Below, piece after piece: positions 1 to 12,229 of a stretch of 64,000 nt of DNA. The position numbers and the translations under genes were made by a program. The stretch covers positions 191,801-255,800 of the forward strand of contig NIVC01000981.1 in the NCBI GenBank assembly GCA_002269645.1. The letters run 5' to 3'. The notes under the pieces were generated by a model. The model was given only the letters and a program-made list of their open reading frames with translations. It ran no database searches and was not told the origin of the DNA. Source of the stretch: Macrostomum lignano (taxonomy: Eukaryota). Each line of letters opens with the position of its first letter. Within the stretch, counting starts at the first letter, position 1.

Positions 1-1199
1 TGTCTTAGACAAAAAGTAAAAGTATATTTAATTTATAGTTTTCCACCTTTGTTACATTCTTATCTAGCATTATTCTGAATGATGTCTACTTTAACAGTTG
101 TCATAAAGGCAAATATAAATACTATACCTTAGGCTTTATTGTGAGCTTAGTTTTTACTTTCATATACAATTATTTGCATATAACTAATTTTTCAACAATC
201 ACCTAGGTAATTCAGGAAATTTAATAAAAAATAACAAACAATTTTATATCTTAAAAAATTGCAACAAACAGAATTGAAAAGAATAATTTTAGTATGAGAA
301 GTCATTATAAAATAGAAGTAAAATACAATATATACAATATAATCATACATGCCCAACACCTGTCTAACCTGTCCAAACTGGTAGGAACCAAAGTTGCAAT
401 TAGGAGGAACTAAGTTGCAAATCTGGACAAAACTAAGTCACAAAATTAAGTATACCTAATACAAAATATAGATTAAAAATTTAAAAATAGCTCATTATAC
501 CAAAATAAAAAACTTAAGTTTTAGGCAAACATGATTTTTATAATGGGGACTCAAGTAAGATTTTTTAAAGTTATTTTAAATATTTTTATTAGATAAATAT
601 TCTATGTATAGATAAAAAGCAACTCTTACTTTTGAAAATTGTTCAAATAATCTTGCTTATGCATCTTGCCTATTAAGGACTATAATGATTTTTGCCCAAA
701 AATTGTTTTTTAAATGCAATAAAGCTAACCTATTAAAAAAATTAAGAACAATGAAAGTGTTGTCAAAATTTAGATACATATTTTGTTTACACTAGTACAT
801 TAAGCCCCCATAGGGGATTCAAATTCAAAATTCAAACATCAAATACATGAAAAATCTTTTTTGAACCATTTCCAAATTTGTTTTTTATTTTTCAAAATTT
901 TTGACTTAGCAACATAAAAAAATTGCCACTCTATTCACTAGTGAGTAATTCTGAAAAGGATATAAGAATCTATCCAACAAAACCCTTCATACTGTATCTC
1001 CATACTTTATTCCTGAACTCAAGCTTGCCACAGCATACAGGGTGCTTCAAAAGTCCTGCAACAAAATATATTGATCTATAACTTTTGATATACATGGACT
1101 ATTTATATGGCTTTATTGGAACTTATGAACAATACTATGCATCCTTTAAATGTGCTATAAAACTTGACAAATTGTACCTTTCAGCCAACTAATTAATCA

Positions 1200-2228
1200 A
1201 TGAATTGCCGACATGCTGCGATTGTTGATTTGCATCAGGCAGGCAAGTCAACGGGAGAAATTATTGCCACCCTGTCTCATGAGAACCTGCACCGATCAAC
1301 GGTCATCCGCACCATCAGCCGATGGGAGGTTACTGGAACATTGGAGGACAGGTCTCGGTCTGGCCGACCTGCAACTGCTAGGACTCCAGAACTGAAAAAG
1401 AAAATTGCCCAGAAGATTGAGCGCAATCCTGAATGCTCGATGCGCCAAATGGCAAAGGAGAACAAAGTAAGTGAGGCCACAGTCCGACGCATTGTACATA
1501 AAGACCTGGGACTGCAATTGCTCAAAAAAACCCCAGCTCGTCACTTGACTGCTGATGTTATGGCCACCAGGGTTGAGCAATCTAGTCTTCTCCTGTCTGA
1601 GCACATTGCTAACCATGAGGACTTTATCCTATGGACAGATGAGAAAATTTTCAATGTTGAGCGAGTGCTGAACCGCCAAAACGACAGGGTTCTGGCCCCA
1701 AGTGCCTCTGCTGTCCAGCCGGAGCATCGCTTTGCTGACTGGCTTCAGCACCCATCTTCAGTGATGGTCTGGGCCGGAATCAGCAGCAACAGCCGCACAA
1801 ATCTTGTTTTTGTGCCCGAGGGTGTCAAAATCCGGGCTGAATCCTATTGAGAACTGATTCTAGAGACAGAAGTTCTTTGAATAAATCGCGAAGTGTTCAG
1901 GAACTAGGTCTGGACATTCCAGCAGGATGGTGCCCCTGCCCACACTGCTCGAGCCACACAGGAGTGGTTTCAGCAGCATGGGATCCGGCTAATCGCCAAG
2001 GAAGAATGGCCGCCGTATTCCCCTGACCTAAACCCCATGGACTTCTATGTCTGGGGGGTTCTAGAGGCCAAGGCCTGTGCTACTCCCCACAGGAGTTTGG
2101 ACTCGCTGCGAGCTGCCTTTCGGCAAGAGTGGGAGTGGATCCCCCAGGATGTGCTGCGTGCCACAGCCCAGTCTGTGAGACGTCGTCTTCATGCTGTCAT
2201 TCGCAACAGGGGCGGCTACATTGAGTGA
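1200..2228 (+). pseudogene. maT/DD37D transposase, 342 codons, inactivated by three in-frame stops
   Basis: ORFs 1200-1850 and 2037-2228 share a frame. Stops at 1848 (TGA), 1878 (TGA) and 1905 (TAG). HTH with RSGRP; motifs WTDEK, FQQDGAPAH and WPPYSPDLNPMDF. 37 residues lie between the 2nd and 3rd Asp. Confidence 0.93.
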
Positions 2229-2323
2229 TACTTTGTGCCATAGACACTGACAGGTTTACCAACATCTCTGTAAAATTTCAACCTAATATCTTTTAGCATA
2301 CCATAGGTGGCCAATAATATGTG

Positions 2324-3005
2324 CAAGGACTACTTAAGAACACAGGACGTTACACTTGCAAATATTGGCAGAATTCTAAAAGGCCGCTTTGAATGCATGT
2401 GTCTATGGTTTAGTGGCCTTTTTGCTATTTGAAGCAATGTGTATAATACATGAATAGAAATTAAAGCCTAGTGAATAAAATTTTTATATGCATGTATACC
2501 AACAAAATATTTATATTTTCTCCAAAAGGTGATCGTGAACAGGGTGTAGAAGTTTAACGGTACAGTCAACTAGAAGATATTGCCAACAGAGTAAAAAACT
2601 TCCAACTGCCTGCTACCACAGCTGCAGCCGCTCATATCAGCTGCTTCTACATTTTAAACAAGTCCATGAATCAGGAAATGACCGAATAAGTATTATTTTT
2701 GTTGACCAAGTGTAGTTCCTATCATTCAATATTGTCATTCTTGTTATTTTTGGGTATTTCTTTGTTTTTTGTTAAACTTCTACACCCTGTTCACAATCAC
2801 CTTTTGGAGAAAATATAAACATTTTGTCGGTATACATGCATATAAAAACTTTATTCACTAGGCTTTAATTTCTATTCATATATTATACACATTGCTTCAA
2901 ATAGCAAAAAGGCCACTAAACCATAGACACATGCATTCAAAGCAGCCTTTTAGAATTCTGCCAATATTTGCAAGTGTAACGTCTTGTGTTCTTAAGTAGT
3001 CCTTG
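2324..3005. mobile_element. Non-autonomous hAT-type foldback MITE with ~235-bp TIRs
   Basis: Arms 2324-2558 and 2771-3005 are reverse complements with about 7 transition mismatches. 8-bp TSD AATATGTG at 2316-23 and 3006-13. Ends CAAGG...CCTTG. Confidence 0.88.
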
Positions 3006-4167
3006 AATATGTGTTGTTGCAGGACTTTTGACGCACCCTGTAGCTAAATTGTGTCACTTGCAAAGATAAGAGACTTTACCTGCATTTTCAAAAGGGGCAA
3101 CCACAGACGGAATCTTTTGTTGCTAAGTATGTAAGCACACTATAACACTAAGCCCTTAATAGTGGGCATTCAAATTAAAAGTTCAAACATTAAGCATTGA
3201 AAGCTTTGTTTTTTAATATTTGACCTACTAACAATTGGTATAAATTTTATATACCAATTTTCCAAATGAATCTGAATTAATTGGGCCCATAAGCTATTGC
3301 CCCCATCTACAACTGTGCCACATAATATTGTTTTCATAAAATAAGACAAATAAGATCAGAGCAGTTTAGGGGGTTGATACATTTCAGGCGAGCTTTTTAA
3401 GCCTTACCTATGCACACAATCTTTCATCAATTGTCTTTCAGACTAGTTGATAAATGATAATAACATTTAACCAACCCTACCATTTGTTAGCCCACTATAT
3501 GAAAGGTTATCAAACTCCTTTAGTCTGATTGTGATTGTACATTGTACACTGTATATTGGCCAAGAAAAGGCCTAAATGGTTAAATTAAACAATTAAATTT
3601 AGAAACAGAGCACCCATTAAAGGCATTAAAATGTTTTTTTTCAAATATTTGATTGACTGCTTTCCCTTTCAAATTTTTCTTTTAAAAAGTTATGCATGAT
3701 TGCCAAAAAGTTATAGTTTGTTTAAAGCTTACTTGAAAAAATGGGCTAGATGGTTCTTAAAAATCAATGATAGACAGATTGACTGACTGATTGGCAGACA
3801 AACAATACAAAATTAATATATAGACATGAAAACAAACTGTTGGCTAAGGATAAAAAATAAAAGTTTTTTATAATGATACTATAATATAATGTATAAACAT
3901 ACATAAATTACTGATTTTTCTATTCAATTCAAAAAAATACTAAAGCACTTATTTTTTTAGTGTCACAGTCAGTTTTTTAAGTTAATTTTGTGAAAAAGAA
4001 AACATAGTCTATTGTTATCCAAATGAAATTAAATGAATAAATGAATATTTCAAAAGTTTTTCTATGATATACTATTGGAATAAATTCTCAAATCTATAGA
4101 TGTGTACTAAGCATGACCTATAGGTACAGTGCATTGAGCATCCTACAAGGAGTTGCATACATAGGAG

Positions 4168-4409
4168 CAGGGGCGTAGCCAGGAATTTCCTACGGGGGGG
4201 GATACACCAAGGTGAATTTCCTATGGGGGGGATACACCAAGGTGAATTTCCTACAGGGGGATACACCAAGGTAAATTTCCTACGGGGGGATACACCAAGG
4301 TAAAAGTGCTCACATGGTAGCATGTATAGCGAAAAAGGGCACAAAAAAGTTTTGGTCAGGCTCTTCGGGGGGGATACATCCCCTCTGATCCCCCCTCCCT
4401 ACGCCACTG
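4168..4409. mobile_element. hAT-type MITE (CAGGGGCGTAG termini) with internal ~30-bp tandem repeats
   Basis: Ends CAGGGGCGTAGCC / CCTACGCCACTG. Perfect 8-bp TSD CATAGGAG at 4160-67 and 4410-17. About 4 copies of AAGGTGAATTTCCTAYGGGGGGGATACACC inside. Confidence 0.85.
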
Positions 4410-4792
4410 CATAGGAGAGGAGTCATGGCCCTTCCAATTAAATGGGAGGAGGGGTCATAGAGGTCTGTGGAATAATGGTGGTCCATTTGAATGTATCCCC
4501 CTCAATGTGGCATCTTCCCTAATAAAAACCATAAATATGCCAATAAGCCTATTCCTATTACAATAATAATATAATTTTGCCTAGCCTAGCCAAGAAGAAA
4601 GTGGAAAATTGTATAAAGTGAGGCTGCTAAAGTAGGCAAACATTTAACAGAGTTAAAAATTGATACTGTTTTTTTTTCTTAGAAGATTTAAACTTATTCT
4701 GGTATCTAGTTGTATAATGAAGTAGTATATATTCACAAAAAAGCCCGCAATATATCCAACTAGGACTCCTTGGCACAATTATCCACCAATTA

Positions 4793-6420
4793 GGGTGCGT
4801 TCGAGTGACTTAAAATGACTTAAACTGCCATTTTAACGTCCTTAGTAAAACAAATGTTAAGCAGACTAAATGTAAAAATAATCTAGGTAAATGATAGTCA
4901 AATTACAATTAAGAATTAATTCAATTTCTAAAACCGGTCTAAGATTAAAAAAACGTCGCCTATACTTCTTCCAACTCAACCTGAACGCCTAGGCACCGTT
5001 TTAACTTCGCTCGCAATTACCACATTTATCGTAATTGAATATTTTGTATTCTTCACCTTTGTTCTATCATTTGCTTTCACGTCTTTTTGCTCAGTTCGCT
5101 GCCCGTCATAATAGTCTTTGAATAATTGCTTAGTACTAATATTGTTTATTTATTGGTTGTTATTACGTAGTGGTTTGTTTGGACTTGGAATATAGTCACT
5201 ATTTCAGCTTGGTTCTTATTCTTCAATATAGTATCTGAGTGAACTTCATGTTATAGTTTTGTCTTTCTATTTATTCTATAGTATTGTATCTATAGTGTTA
5301 GCCTCAGCAATCCATTATCTTGCGTTGCAGTTGCTGGGTGTATGCAAGCAGGATATATTCAACTACATGTACGAAGGGGCAGCATCTATATAGCAGCATC
5401 TACTCAGATAATCTATATAGTAGTCATTTCAGAAACAAAAAGTTGCCTACCTCCGACCAAATACTGCACGGCGGTGTCGTAATTAGTCAACTCCACAAGA
5501 AGCCTACACAATTGTCCACCATTTTCCATGAAAACATCAAATACAGGCATTGTTATCCAGCGGTGCAGATTAACACTACTTGCAAAAAATGAGTATATGC
5601 AACAAGAGAAACTGTAAACAAATTTACAGAGATTGGCACAAAATACAAAAAATATATGAAACTTATTGATGCAGAGGTATATTTGAAAGAAATGTTTTTT
5701 TTGGTTTATATAAGTTGACTGTGATGAATAAAGATAATAAATAAGGAGCTAATTACTATATTCAAACAAGCAAAAGAATAAAAAACAAGGTAAGTCAGTC
5801 AACTATTCATTGAGAAAAAAATAGGCCAGATAGCAATAAAATAATATGATTTAACCAAAGTGAATAATTCCATGGTATTACAATAGCTACGGAATAAATA
5901 GAAAGACAAAACTATAACATGAAGTTCACTCAGATACTATATTGAAGAATAAGAACCAAGCTGAAAAAGTACAAAACTCCAATAGAAAAATAATAACAGT
6001 AGCAACAATAATAGTGACTATATTCCAAGTCCAAATAAACTACTATGTAATAACAATTAATAAATAAACAATATTAGTACTAAGCAATTATTCAAAGACT
6101 ATTATGACGGGCAGCGAACTGAGCAAAAAGACGTGAAAGCAAATGATAGAACAAAGGTGAAGAATACAAAATATTCAATTACGATAAATGTGGTAATTGC
6201 GAGCGAAGTTAAAACGGTGCCTAGGCGTTCAGGTTGAGTTGGAAGAAGTATAGGCGACGTTTTTTTAATCTTAGACCGGTTTTAGAAATTGAATTAATTC
6301 TTAATTGTAATTTGACTATCATTTACCTAGATTATTTTTACATTTAGTCTGCTTAACATTTGTTTTACTAAGGACGTTAAAATGGCAGTTTAAGTCATTT
6401 TAAGTCACTCGAACGCACCC
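4793..6420. mobile_element. Non-autonomous PIF/Harbinger-type foldback element with ~500-bp arms
   Basis: Arms ~4793-5276 and ~5892-6420 are near-identical reverse complements; the right arm has 45 extra bp. Termini GGGTGCG / CGCACCC. 3-bp TSD TTA at 4790-92 and 6421-23. Confidence 0.88.
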
Positions 6421-6610
6421 TTAAAGAAGTGCCAACAAGGCAAAGCTAAAACTCTAAATGTGATATTATGAAAAAAATGCAAACTTTGTTTTTAATTACC
6501 ACATTTACTTAACAGGACAAAAATAAATAAATAAAATTATAAAAATGTTTTGCTTTAAATAACAGTAGTTATTTTTTTAAAAAATTTTTCCATGAAATAA
6601 GATATTTTCT

Positions 6611-7429
6611 GGCAAAAGTGTAGTTTCGTTCGCGAAATTATTTTTCGTTTAAATTTGAAAGTTCGAAACCAGAAAACAATAACAACGATAAAAATTGATG
6701 TTTTAAACCATTCTAACGATTGTGGCAGACACCATGGCATCCATCAGGTCGCGCGCATTTAGCTCTAGTTGCGGTAGAGCATTCGCTGGCAGCACTTCAT
6801 TCGACGGAATTATCCACGAGGGTCTTTGTGGTCGTCTAGCCATGATACAATATGTTGTCCAAAAGAAAAAGCAGATATTAGCAGCTTCTCAGCTAAAGGG
6901 AAACAGTTCAAGCCCCCCACTTGACCCAAACTATTTTTTCCATAGACAAATTGCATTTCAAGTAGCATTCGAGCGTGGCACAGATTTAATGAAAAAAGTA
7001 TACTAATAGAGCGCCCATTTGCTTTAAAGTTCCGTGACCAGTGAGCTCTGGCACAGTCGCTAGAACAGGGGCGTAGCCAGGATTTTTTTGGGGGTATCGG
7101 TTAGCTGTTATCAGAAAGCAAGGGCTTGAGATCCACATATCCCCTTAATGTATTTCTAGTGCATAATACATATAATTACTCTATTTGTTTGTTAATTGTT
7201 ATTCTTTCGATTTGGATACCTTTCTCTTCCTTAACGGTCACAATTGCAACTGAAAAAAAGGAAAAAAATGTTGCTTTGGAAATTTGGGGGTATTGGCCGA
7301 TATACCGATACCCCCCCTCGCTACGCCCCTGTGCTAGAATGGTTTAAAACATTGTTGCTATTGTTTTCTGGTTTCGAACTTTCAAATTTAAGCGAAAAAT
7401 AATTTCGCGAACGAAACTGCACTATTGCC
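6611..7429. mobile_element. Inverted-repeat (MITE-like) element, superfamily unclear
   Basis: 6611-~6735 (GGCAAAAGTGTAGTTTCGTTCGCGAAATTATTTTTCG...) is the reverse complement of ~7045-7429 once the nested MITE is removed. No convincing TSD. Confidence 0.65.
7066..7331. mobile_element. hAT-type MITE (same TIR family as 4168-4409) nested in the right arm of the 6611-7429 element
   Basis: Ends CAGGGGCGTAGC / GCTACGCCCCTG with subterminal GGGGGTATCGG. 8-bp TSD CGCTAGAA / TGCTAGAA (1 mismatch). Confidence 0.82.
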
Positions 7430-8122
7430 TATTTTCTTTTAACTTTGTGATTATGGATTCTTTTAAGTGGTTTGAAGTTTGTACTTCAGTGATTGGCATG
7501 ATGTGATCCAGTATTGAAATTGGGTTTATTTGGTAGAGTTTAATAACCAAAGCAAATAAATAATATGCTTTAGGCCTAGTAAAATTTCTTTCTTTTTGGT
7601 TAAAATCATTTTTAGTTTTCTGAATATGTTGCAGAATTGAGCTTAAAGCCATTACCATTGAAGGTTTGTAGAAATAGAAAAAAATAGTACAACTTATATA
7701 TTATATAGAAAAACTTTTAGAGGCCAATTTTCTAATATTAACACTTACTATTTATAGGGAAATATAGAGATAATTTTTGCCAATAGGTAAATCACAAGGA
7801 CTCAAATAAGTAGAAAACTTTAGTCAACTTTTAGTTTGTGTGGCTTTTTCTTGTCGCTTTAATAGTATAGGCCCTAATACTCTGCTGTATTTTATAGCAA
7901 CATACCATATAGTAGTATAAATATACTTTTATACTGCTGACTTATTTAGAATCAATGATAATCTTTTGGCAGCCTTTGAAATACCCTAGATGACAATTAA
8001 GAAGAAGAATAAAATAGGCCTTTTCTAATTCTAAATATAGAAATTGACTTTACTTATAGGCCTATTTTCTGATTATGAAATCAGATTTGTAATCTAAATA
8101 TCTCTATATCTATAAACATATA

Positions 8123-9345
8123 CAAGGGTTGTTAGAAAAGTTCTGTGTATATTGTAATAACTTGAGAACAATAAACAGAAGAAACATGAAAAGTTACAAA
8201 TGTCTTCCTTAACATCTATTCACTCAAAGTATGAGCCTTCAGCTTCAATACACTTCTCCCAACGCTGCACTAGCCCATCAATGTTTGTAGTCATGCCATT
8301 GTTCGTTACGGCGGCAATGCCAGCCTTGTAGGCCTGATTCACGTCTTCCTCTATGCTAAAACACTGGCCTCGCATCGACTCCTTGATGCGAGGGAAGAGG
8401 AAAAAGTTGCATGGACTTAAGTCCGGGGAATAAGGCGGATGCGGAAGAATTTCCCACCCCCACGACTCAATCGTAGCCAGCACGCTTTGCTTTTGGTGCG
8501 GGGCTGCATTGTCGTGAAGCAGAATTGGGCCAGCCGCGTGAAGTGCAGGTCTTTTGTCCTGAATGGCACGCCAAACTTTCACCAAAACTGACAGGTAGAA
8601 ATCACCATTGACTGTCTGCCCCACTGGCACAGGCTGATCAAACAACAGACCCTCCTGGTTGAAGAAAGTCACGTGCATGACCTTCAGCTGGCCGATGCTC
8701 CGGATGGCCTTTTGAGGTCGCGGAGAACCTGGCCTGCACCAAGTGGCACTCTGCCGCTTCAACTCTGCCTCCCAAGAATGCGCCCAGGTTTCGTTGCAGG
8801 CAACGATCCTTTGCAAGAACGCCATGCCCTCCTGCCGACACCACTGCAGGTTGGATGCGCACATGGCGACCCGCCGAGCCCGCTAATCATCAGTGAGCAG
8901 ATGCGGCACCCACTTGGCACAGACCTTGCGCATCCCAAGGTCCTCGGTCAGGATCTTATGGACTGAGTTGTGGGACACCCCTAGTTCCCTATGGTATCAG
9001 CCAGCTGCCTGGTGGTCAGTCTCCGGTCCTGCAGCACGGCTGCCTCCACCTGACTCACTAGGCTGTCAGTCCAAGCACTCGTTGGTCGTCCACTGCGTGG
9101 CTTGTCGTCGAGGTCTTCTTTGCTGTTGCAAATGGCAATAGCCCAGCGGCGAATCGTCTCATAAGATGGGCAAAAGTCTCCTATGGTCTGCCGCATTTCT
9201 TCAAAAATCTCGGTTGCTGAATGCCCCTGAAGGACATGAAACTTGATGATCGCTCGATTGTCGCGTTTAGAAAAACTCTCTCGCGGGATGGAATGCACCA
9301 TGGGTGTGGTTGAAAAATTATTGCTATTTTGGCTAGAAATGATAT
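8123..9345 (-). mobile_element. DD34D mariner element, degenerate; TIR seen at only one end
   Basis: TA + CAAGGGTTGTTAGAAAAGTTC at 8121-8143 resembles a mariner TIR. No matching TIR found at the other end, so the upstream boundary is approximate. Confidence 0.85.
8220..9301 (-). pseudogene. Mariner transposase pseudogene
   Basis: N-terminal HTH...PRSGRP in ORF 8981-9430 (ATG at 9301). Frameshift near 8985, then WVPHLLT and an in-frame TAG near 8884. C-terminal ORF has HDNAAPH and HPPYSPDLSPC. First and third catalytic Asp are mutated to Asn. Confidence 0.92.
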
Positions 9346-9689
9346 GGTGCTCTAAAACTGAAGCTAGCGACTCTTTATATATGTATACAAGCTGTTGAAA
9401 CCCGCGGATTTTAAACCCGGGGAATTCCAATACCCGGAACTACTTTTGCATGTATTCTGAAATCTAAGGCCATACACAAACAAAAACTTGTTAATAGTTA
9501 GTAGGATAGAGGTAGACATAAAATGGAGCACATTCGTGTAAAATTAGGGTTTGAGACATTGTTGGCTGGGGTACTGCGCATAATGTCAGGCAATGTCTGT
9601 CTGACTCTAAAACATATATTGCTAAACTCTGGTCTCTCCCTGACTCTCCCTATGTCCCTTGGATCCTTTAAAATTTCTATCGTCTCTTT

Positions 9690-10054
9690 GTTTCCTCTCA
9701 TCTCTCTCATCCCTTGTCTCTCCTCTCTCCCCTCTTCTCTCGTATCTTCCCTCATCTCTCTTCTCTCTCTTCTCTCTTATCTCATCTCTTGTCTCTTCTT
9801 TTCTCTCTCCTCTCCTCTCTCCTCTCCTCTCTCCTCTCTCCCCTCTCCTCTCTCCTCTCACCCCCTCTTCTCTCTTATCTTCCTTCTCCTTTCTATTCTT
9901 TTCTCTCTTCTCTTAACTCTCTCCTCTACTCTCTCATCTCTCCCCTCTTCTCTCGTCTCTTCCCTCACCTCTTTTCTCTCTCGTCTTTGCTCTCTCATCT
10001 TTCCTTTCTCTTCTTTTATCTTTTCTCTCTTATCTCTTCTCATTTCTGTCTGCT

Positions 10055-10132
<78 letters not shown>
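9690..10132. repeat. CT-rich low-complexity tract ending in a (CT)n microsatellite
   Basis: Directly visible; pure (CT)n at ~10057-10132. Confidence 0.95.
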
Positions 10133-10135
<3 letters not shown>

Positions 10136-10790
10136 GCGGTCCTGAAAACTCCTGGTTGCCAAGGTGAGGGACGGCGTGGCACAGCACTGCGATGCCCCTG
10201 TACTGCCGGCCTTCACTAAAGGGAGGAGCCTTCGGGATCTACTCTGCCACAGCCAGCTCGAACCAGCTTCTGCCAATTGAGATCAGCTGTACAAAGGCTC
10301 CTTTACTGCTATTTTCCCCTCTGTGATTTTTTCATTGACTTTATTTCGATTTATTCAGATTATTTACCATATCTTCTGCTTTTTATTCATTTTTCTGACA
10401 CTGTGTACGGTGCACCTGCATTTTTGCTCTGAGCATTTAATAATTATTTTTATTTACCTTACCTATTTATTTCGCCATTTATTTTTACAATTTTTATTCT
10501 ACACTTAAAGGTCGTCTAGGCCCAATTGTACAGTTTTAGCCACCCCCGCTTTTCTCATAGTCTCCGACTCGTTTTAATGTACTGACCATGCGCACTGTTT
10601 TAAGTGCTTGAGCACATCAATTTATCGATCGTCTCTCCCTGGCGATATCGCCTTTATATTTTGACGGCAATTCGCGCCAAATAAACTTCACTCGCTTACA
10701 GCCCTGACGAAGAAATTTAATTTCGAAATATCGGCTACTCAATTTAAATTGACTTTTTTCAGTCCTTTCTGACTTTCTACCGTGTCAGTG
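10133..10790 (+). mobile_element. Truncated Penelope-like retroelement (PLE) remnant
   Basis: 10146-10280 reads KLLVAKVRDGVAQHCDAPVLPAFTKGRSLRDLLCHSQLEPASAN*, resembling the PLE post-RT linker (P..AF.R.KNLRDLLV.S.L). A hammerhead-like motif follows ~420 bp downstream. Confidence 0.55.
10700..10736 (+). ncRNA. Minimal type I hammerhead ribozyme motif (PLE-type)
   Basis: AGCC CTGACGA A GAAAT TTA ATTTC GAAA TATC GGCT: both core boxes, 5-bp stem II, palindromic loopless stem III (ATAT), 4-bp stem I. Predicted cleavage after C10732. Confidence 0.6.
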
Positions 10791-10811
10791 CCCGAGATTG
10801 GAGGCGCCCTC

Positions 10812-11560
10812 CTCTCTCTCTCTCTCTCTCCCTCTCTCTCTTCTCTGTCTTTCTCTCTTATCTCTCCTCCTCTCTCTACTCTCTTCTCCCCTCTCCATTC
10901 TCCTCTTTCCTCTCCTCTCTCCTCACTCACTTCTCTACCTTTGTCTCTCCTCTCTCCTCTCGTCTCTGTAACCTCTCCTCTGTTCTCTCTACTCTCCCAT
11001 CTTTTATCTGTTCACTCTCGTCTCTGCTCTCTCATCCCCCCTCTTTAATCTGGCATCTCTGTATTATATGTTCTCTCACCTCTCTCTCTTTTCTTTCCCC
11101 TCTTTTGACTCCTCACTTTCCTTTCTCCTTTCTTCTTTTCTCTTCTCTTCCCTTTTCTATACTCTGTCTCCCTCTCTTCTCTCACTCCACTCTCCTCTCT
11201 CCGTTATCTCTCATCTCTCATTTCTCATCTCTCCTTCCACCTCTCTCATCTCTACAACCTTAGAGATGTAGAGATGTATCTTTATCTCTTCTCTCTTCCC
11301 TTTACTCTCTCATCTCTTCTTTCACCTGTTTCCTCTCTGCTCTCCTCTCTGCTGTCTCCTCTCTCCTCTCATCTGCAGCTCTCTGCTCTCTTATCTCTAC
11401 TCTCTCCTCTCGCTTTTCCTCTCTCCCCTCTTCTCCCCCTCTCTCTCATCGTCCTCAGCCCCTCATCTCTCCTATTATCTTTTATCTTTTCTTTTATCCC
11501 CTCTGTCGCTTCTCCTCTCTTCGAATAGTCTATTCCTTCTCTCCACTCTCAACTGCCCCC
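10812..11560. repeat. CT-rich low-complexity tract
   Basis: Directly visible polypyrimidine sequence. Confidence 0.9.
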
Positions 11561-12229
11561 TCAGCCATAAGCTGGATTCTTTTCTGGCCTTTGAGGTAAA
11601 AGTATGCCCATTCCTGCTTGGAAAGCCAGTTTGTGGGACATAGTACTCTCATGGCTGTTCTCATGCTTTGATCATGTCATCTTTCTTGCCAATTTGCAAG
11701 CCCTGAAGAGAATTTGTGTATCTTCAGCTCCACTGCAGTCTGCATCAGTCTAACAACCAAGGAAATACGCATTTCTTAGGAGGCCATTTAAATTTTAAAG
11801 TACCTTATGCGAATCTTAATGTTAAAATTTTCATGGTGTAACTAATTTAGTAGGATTGCATTGTAGTAAGTTATTCATTAATTTTTCGCTATTTTTACAA
11901 ACCATCCCGCATCGCCTTGATTTGCCTGTTTGCCATCTACTGTTAAACTGCTGCAGACTTGTGTCTATACAGAGGACAGTGGTTTGAATCTCTTGCTGAA
12001 ACTGTCTCTCCTCTCCACGCCTCTCCACTAATGGGGGTGCAGAGAAGGCTATAAATAAAGTTATTCCAAAACACTGTACATTTGCTATGTACATTCAGTC
12101 CTATCGCCTGACCCTTCGTCTGGCTCTGGGGGAATGAGTGAGTGAGTGGCACAAACAACAGAAAAAGCAGACAAACTTCACATGCTTACAGTTTCCGTCC
12201 TGATTGAGTTAGAGAGTTGAAACTTTACA

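Larger units (their letters stand above)
1038..3040 (+). mobile_element. Tc1/mariner superfamily maT (DD37D) DNA transposon, interrupted by a MITE in its right TIR
   Basis: TA at 1036-37 and 3041-42. TIR CAGGGTGCTTCAAAAGTCCTGCAACAA at 1038 matches the reverse complement ending at 3040. Transposase lies inside. Confidence 0.93.

Noticed and set aside
1848-1907. Three in-frame stops in an otherwise intact transposase, as a sign of stop-codon reassignment or readthrough
   Set aside because: Host genes here end normally at TAA/TGA, and both TGA and TAG are involved; ordinary pseudogenisation is simpler.
780-3215. Similar ~70-bp segments (ACACTA...TAAGCCC...ATTCAAATT.AAA.TTCAAACAT) at ~780-870 and ~3140-3210 flanking the maT element
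   Set aside because: Too diverged and too far from the element ends to be LTRs or a TSD; probably two old copies of a dispersed repeat.
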